From Porphyridium purpureum (lineage: Eukaryota), in NCBI GenBank assembly GCA_008690995.1, contig VRMN01000004.1, positions 558,001-622,000 on the forward strand: a stretch of DNA of 64,000 nt, read 5' to 3'. The translations under genes were made by a program, and so were the position numbers. The notes under the pieces are model-generated. The model had not been told where the DNA came from and did not search any database. It saw only the letters and a program-made list of their open reading frames with translations. Positions within the stretch are counted from its first letter, which is position 1, and each line of letters begins with the position of its first letter. This document shows positions 63,408 through 64,000 of the stretch, in pieces.

Positions 63408-64000
63408 TCACTTGCCATGCTTTGGCATGACCTGACAAGCGCCGAGTAATTCCTCAAGATCTTTCGCTTGTTCATTGAGGACCTTGAGTTTTTTCTCGTA
63501 GCTCTGCTTGAGCCTAGCTTTTTCAGCAGGATCCATTTTGCCTATCTTCTTGAGCTGCTTCTCCTTCTTTGCGGGTCCGCCGACACCGGGAATAAGCGCC
63601 ATCAGTTTGTGACTAAATGTTTCGTGCTCCTTCTCTTCCTCTTCTCCTTTCTTCTCGGCACTAACACCCGTCGTGGCCGCTGCCGCCGCCGCAGCAGCAG
63701 GCTTTTCCGGTGTTTGAGCCGGTGTATCCGCCGGAGTCACCATCTCCACAGGAGAGCCCTTCTCTGCTTCGTCGCCAAATTTAACCCCTTCATCCATATC
63801 TACTGGCGCCTGGTGTATTCCCGGTTTCTGTTCTTCGACGGACTCCTGCTCTTCGGCCGACTCTTCGACGGGGTCGTGCTCCTCGCTCCCCTGTTCGGCG
63901 TGTTCCTCCTCCTCGGACGGCTGCTCTGGCTCCTGCACGTCTGGCACAGGTTCGGTCTCTTCCTCTACGCAAACCCTCGGCTCAGGTCCTTCCTCGAGCC
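63408..64000 (-). CDS. Partial gene (5' end beyond window): Glu-rich protein with basic C-terminal coiled coil
   Basis: The frame of ORF 63408-63947 stays open to the window edge; E/P-rich, then EKARLKQSYEKKLKVLNEQAKDLEELL. Confidence 0.7.
   Translation of the reverse strand, partial: LEEGPEPRVCVEEETEPVPDVQEPEQPSEEEEHAEQGSEEHDPVEESAEEQESVEEQKPGIHQAPVDMDEGVKFGDEAEKGSPVEMVTPADTPAQTPEKPAAAAAAAATTGVSAEKKGEEEEKEHETFSHKLMALIPGVGGPAKKEKQLKKIGKMDPAEKARLKQSYEKKLKVLNEQAKDLEELLGACQVMPKHGK

Overview
This is eukaryotic, GC-rich, gene-dense DNA with almost no introns and at least two likely plastid-targeted genes; the architecture suggests a unicellular red alga such as Porphyridium (inference). The flanks (1-22.4 kb and 49-64 kb) carry host genes: a partial membrane protein, an ABCD transporter, an AT-hook protein, a HEAT/PP4-regulator-like protein, ZNF598/Hel2, a secreted Pro-Thr-rich protein with a bacterial-type choice-of-anchor-L-like domain, ribose-5-P isomerase, a PhyH dioxygenase, an FdC2-like ferredoxin, a multi-TM class 3 lipase, CAX, SWC6/ZNHIT1, succinyl-CoA ligase alpha and an Oxa1/YidC insertase. 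The centre (23.6-48.1 kb) is an LTR-retrotransposon nest that resolves to the base using LTR termini and TSDs. Ty3/gypsy element A (23617-29201) carries a foreign solo LTR in its leader. Element B (30461-48097) is interrupted by two intact gypsy elements: C (32157-39392; chromodomain, no tRNA PBS, 4-bp TSD) and D (40716-46222). The main observation: removing C and D restores B as a ~4.9-kb chimera with Ty3/gypsy-type Gag and protease joined in frame to Ty1/copia-type IN-RT-RNase H. Other signals are -1 frameshift cassettes, heat-shock elements in two unrelated LTR families, a conserved 3' UTR hairpin, an 18-bp palindrome replacing the PBS in C, and paired heptamer arrays between divergent genes. 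All family calls come from motif recognition by eye; no searches were run.
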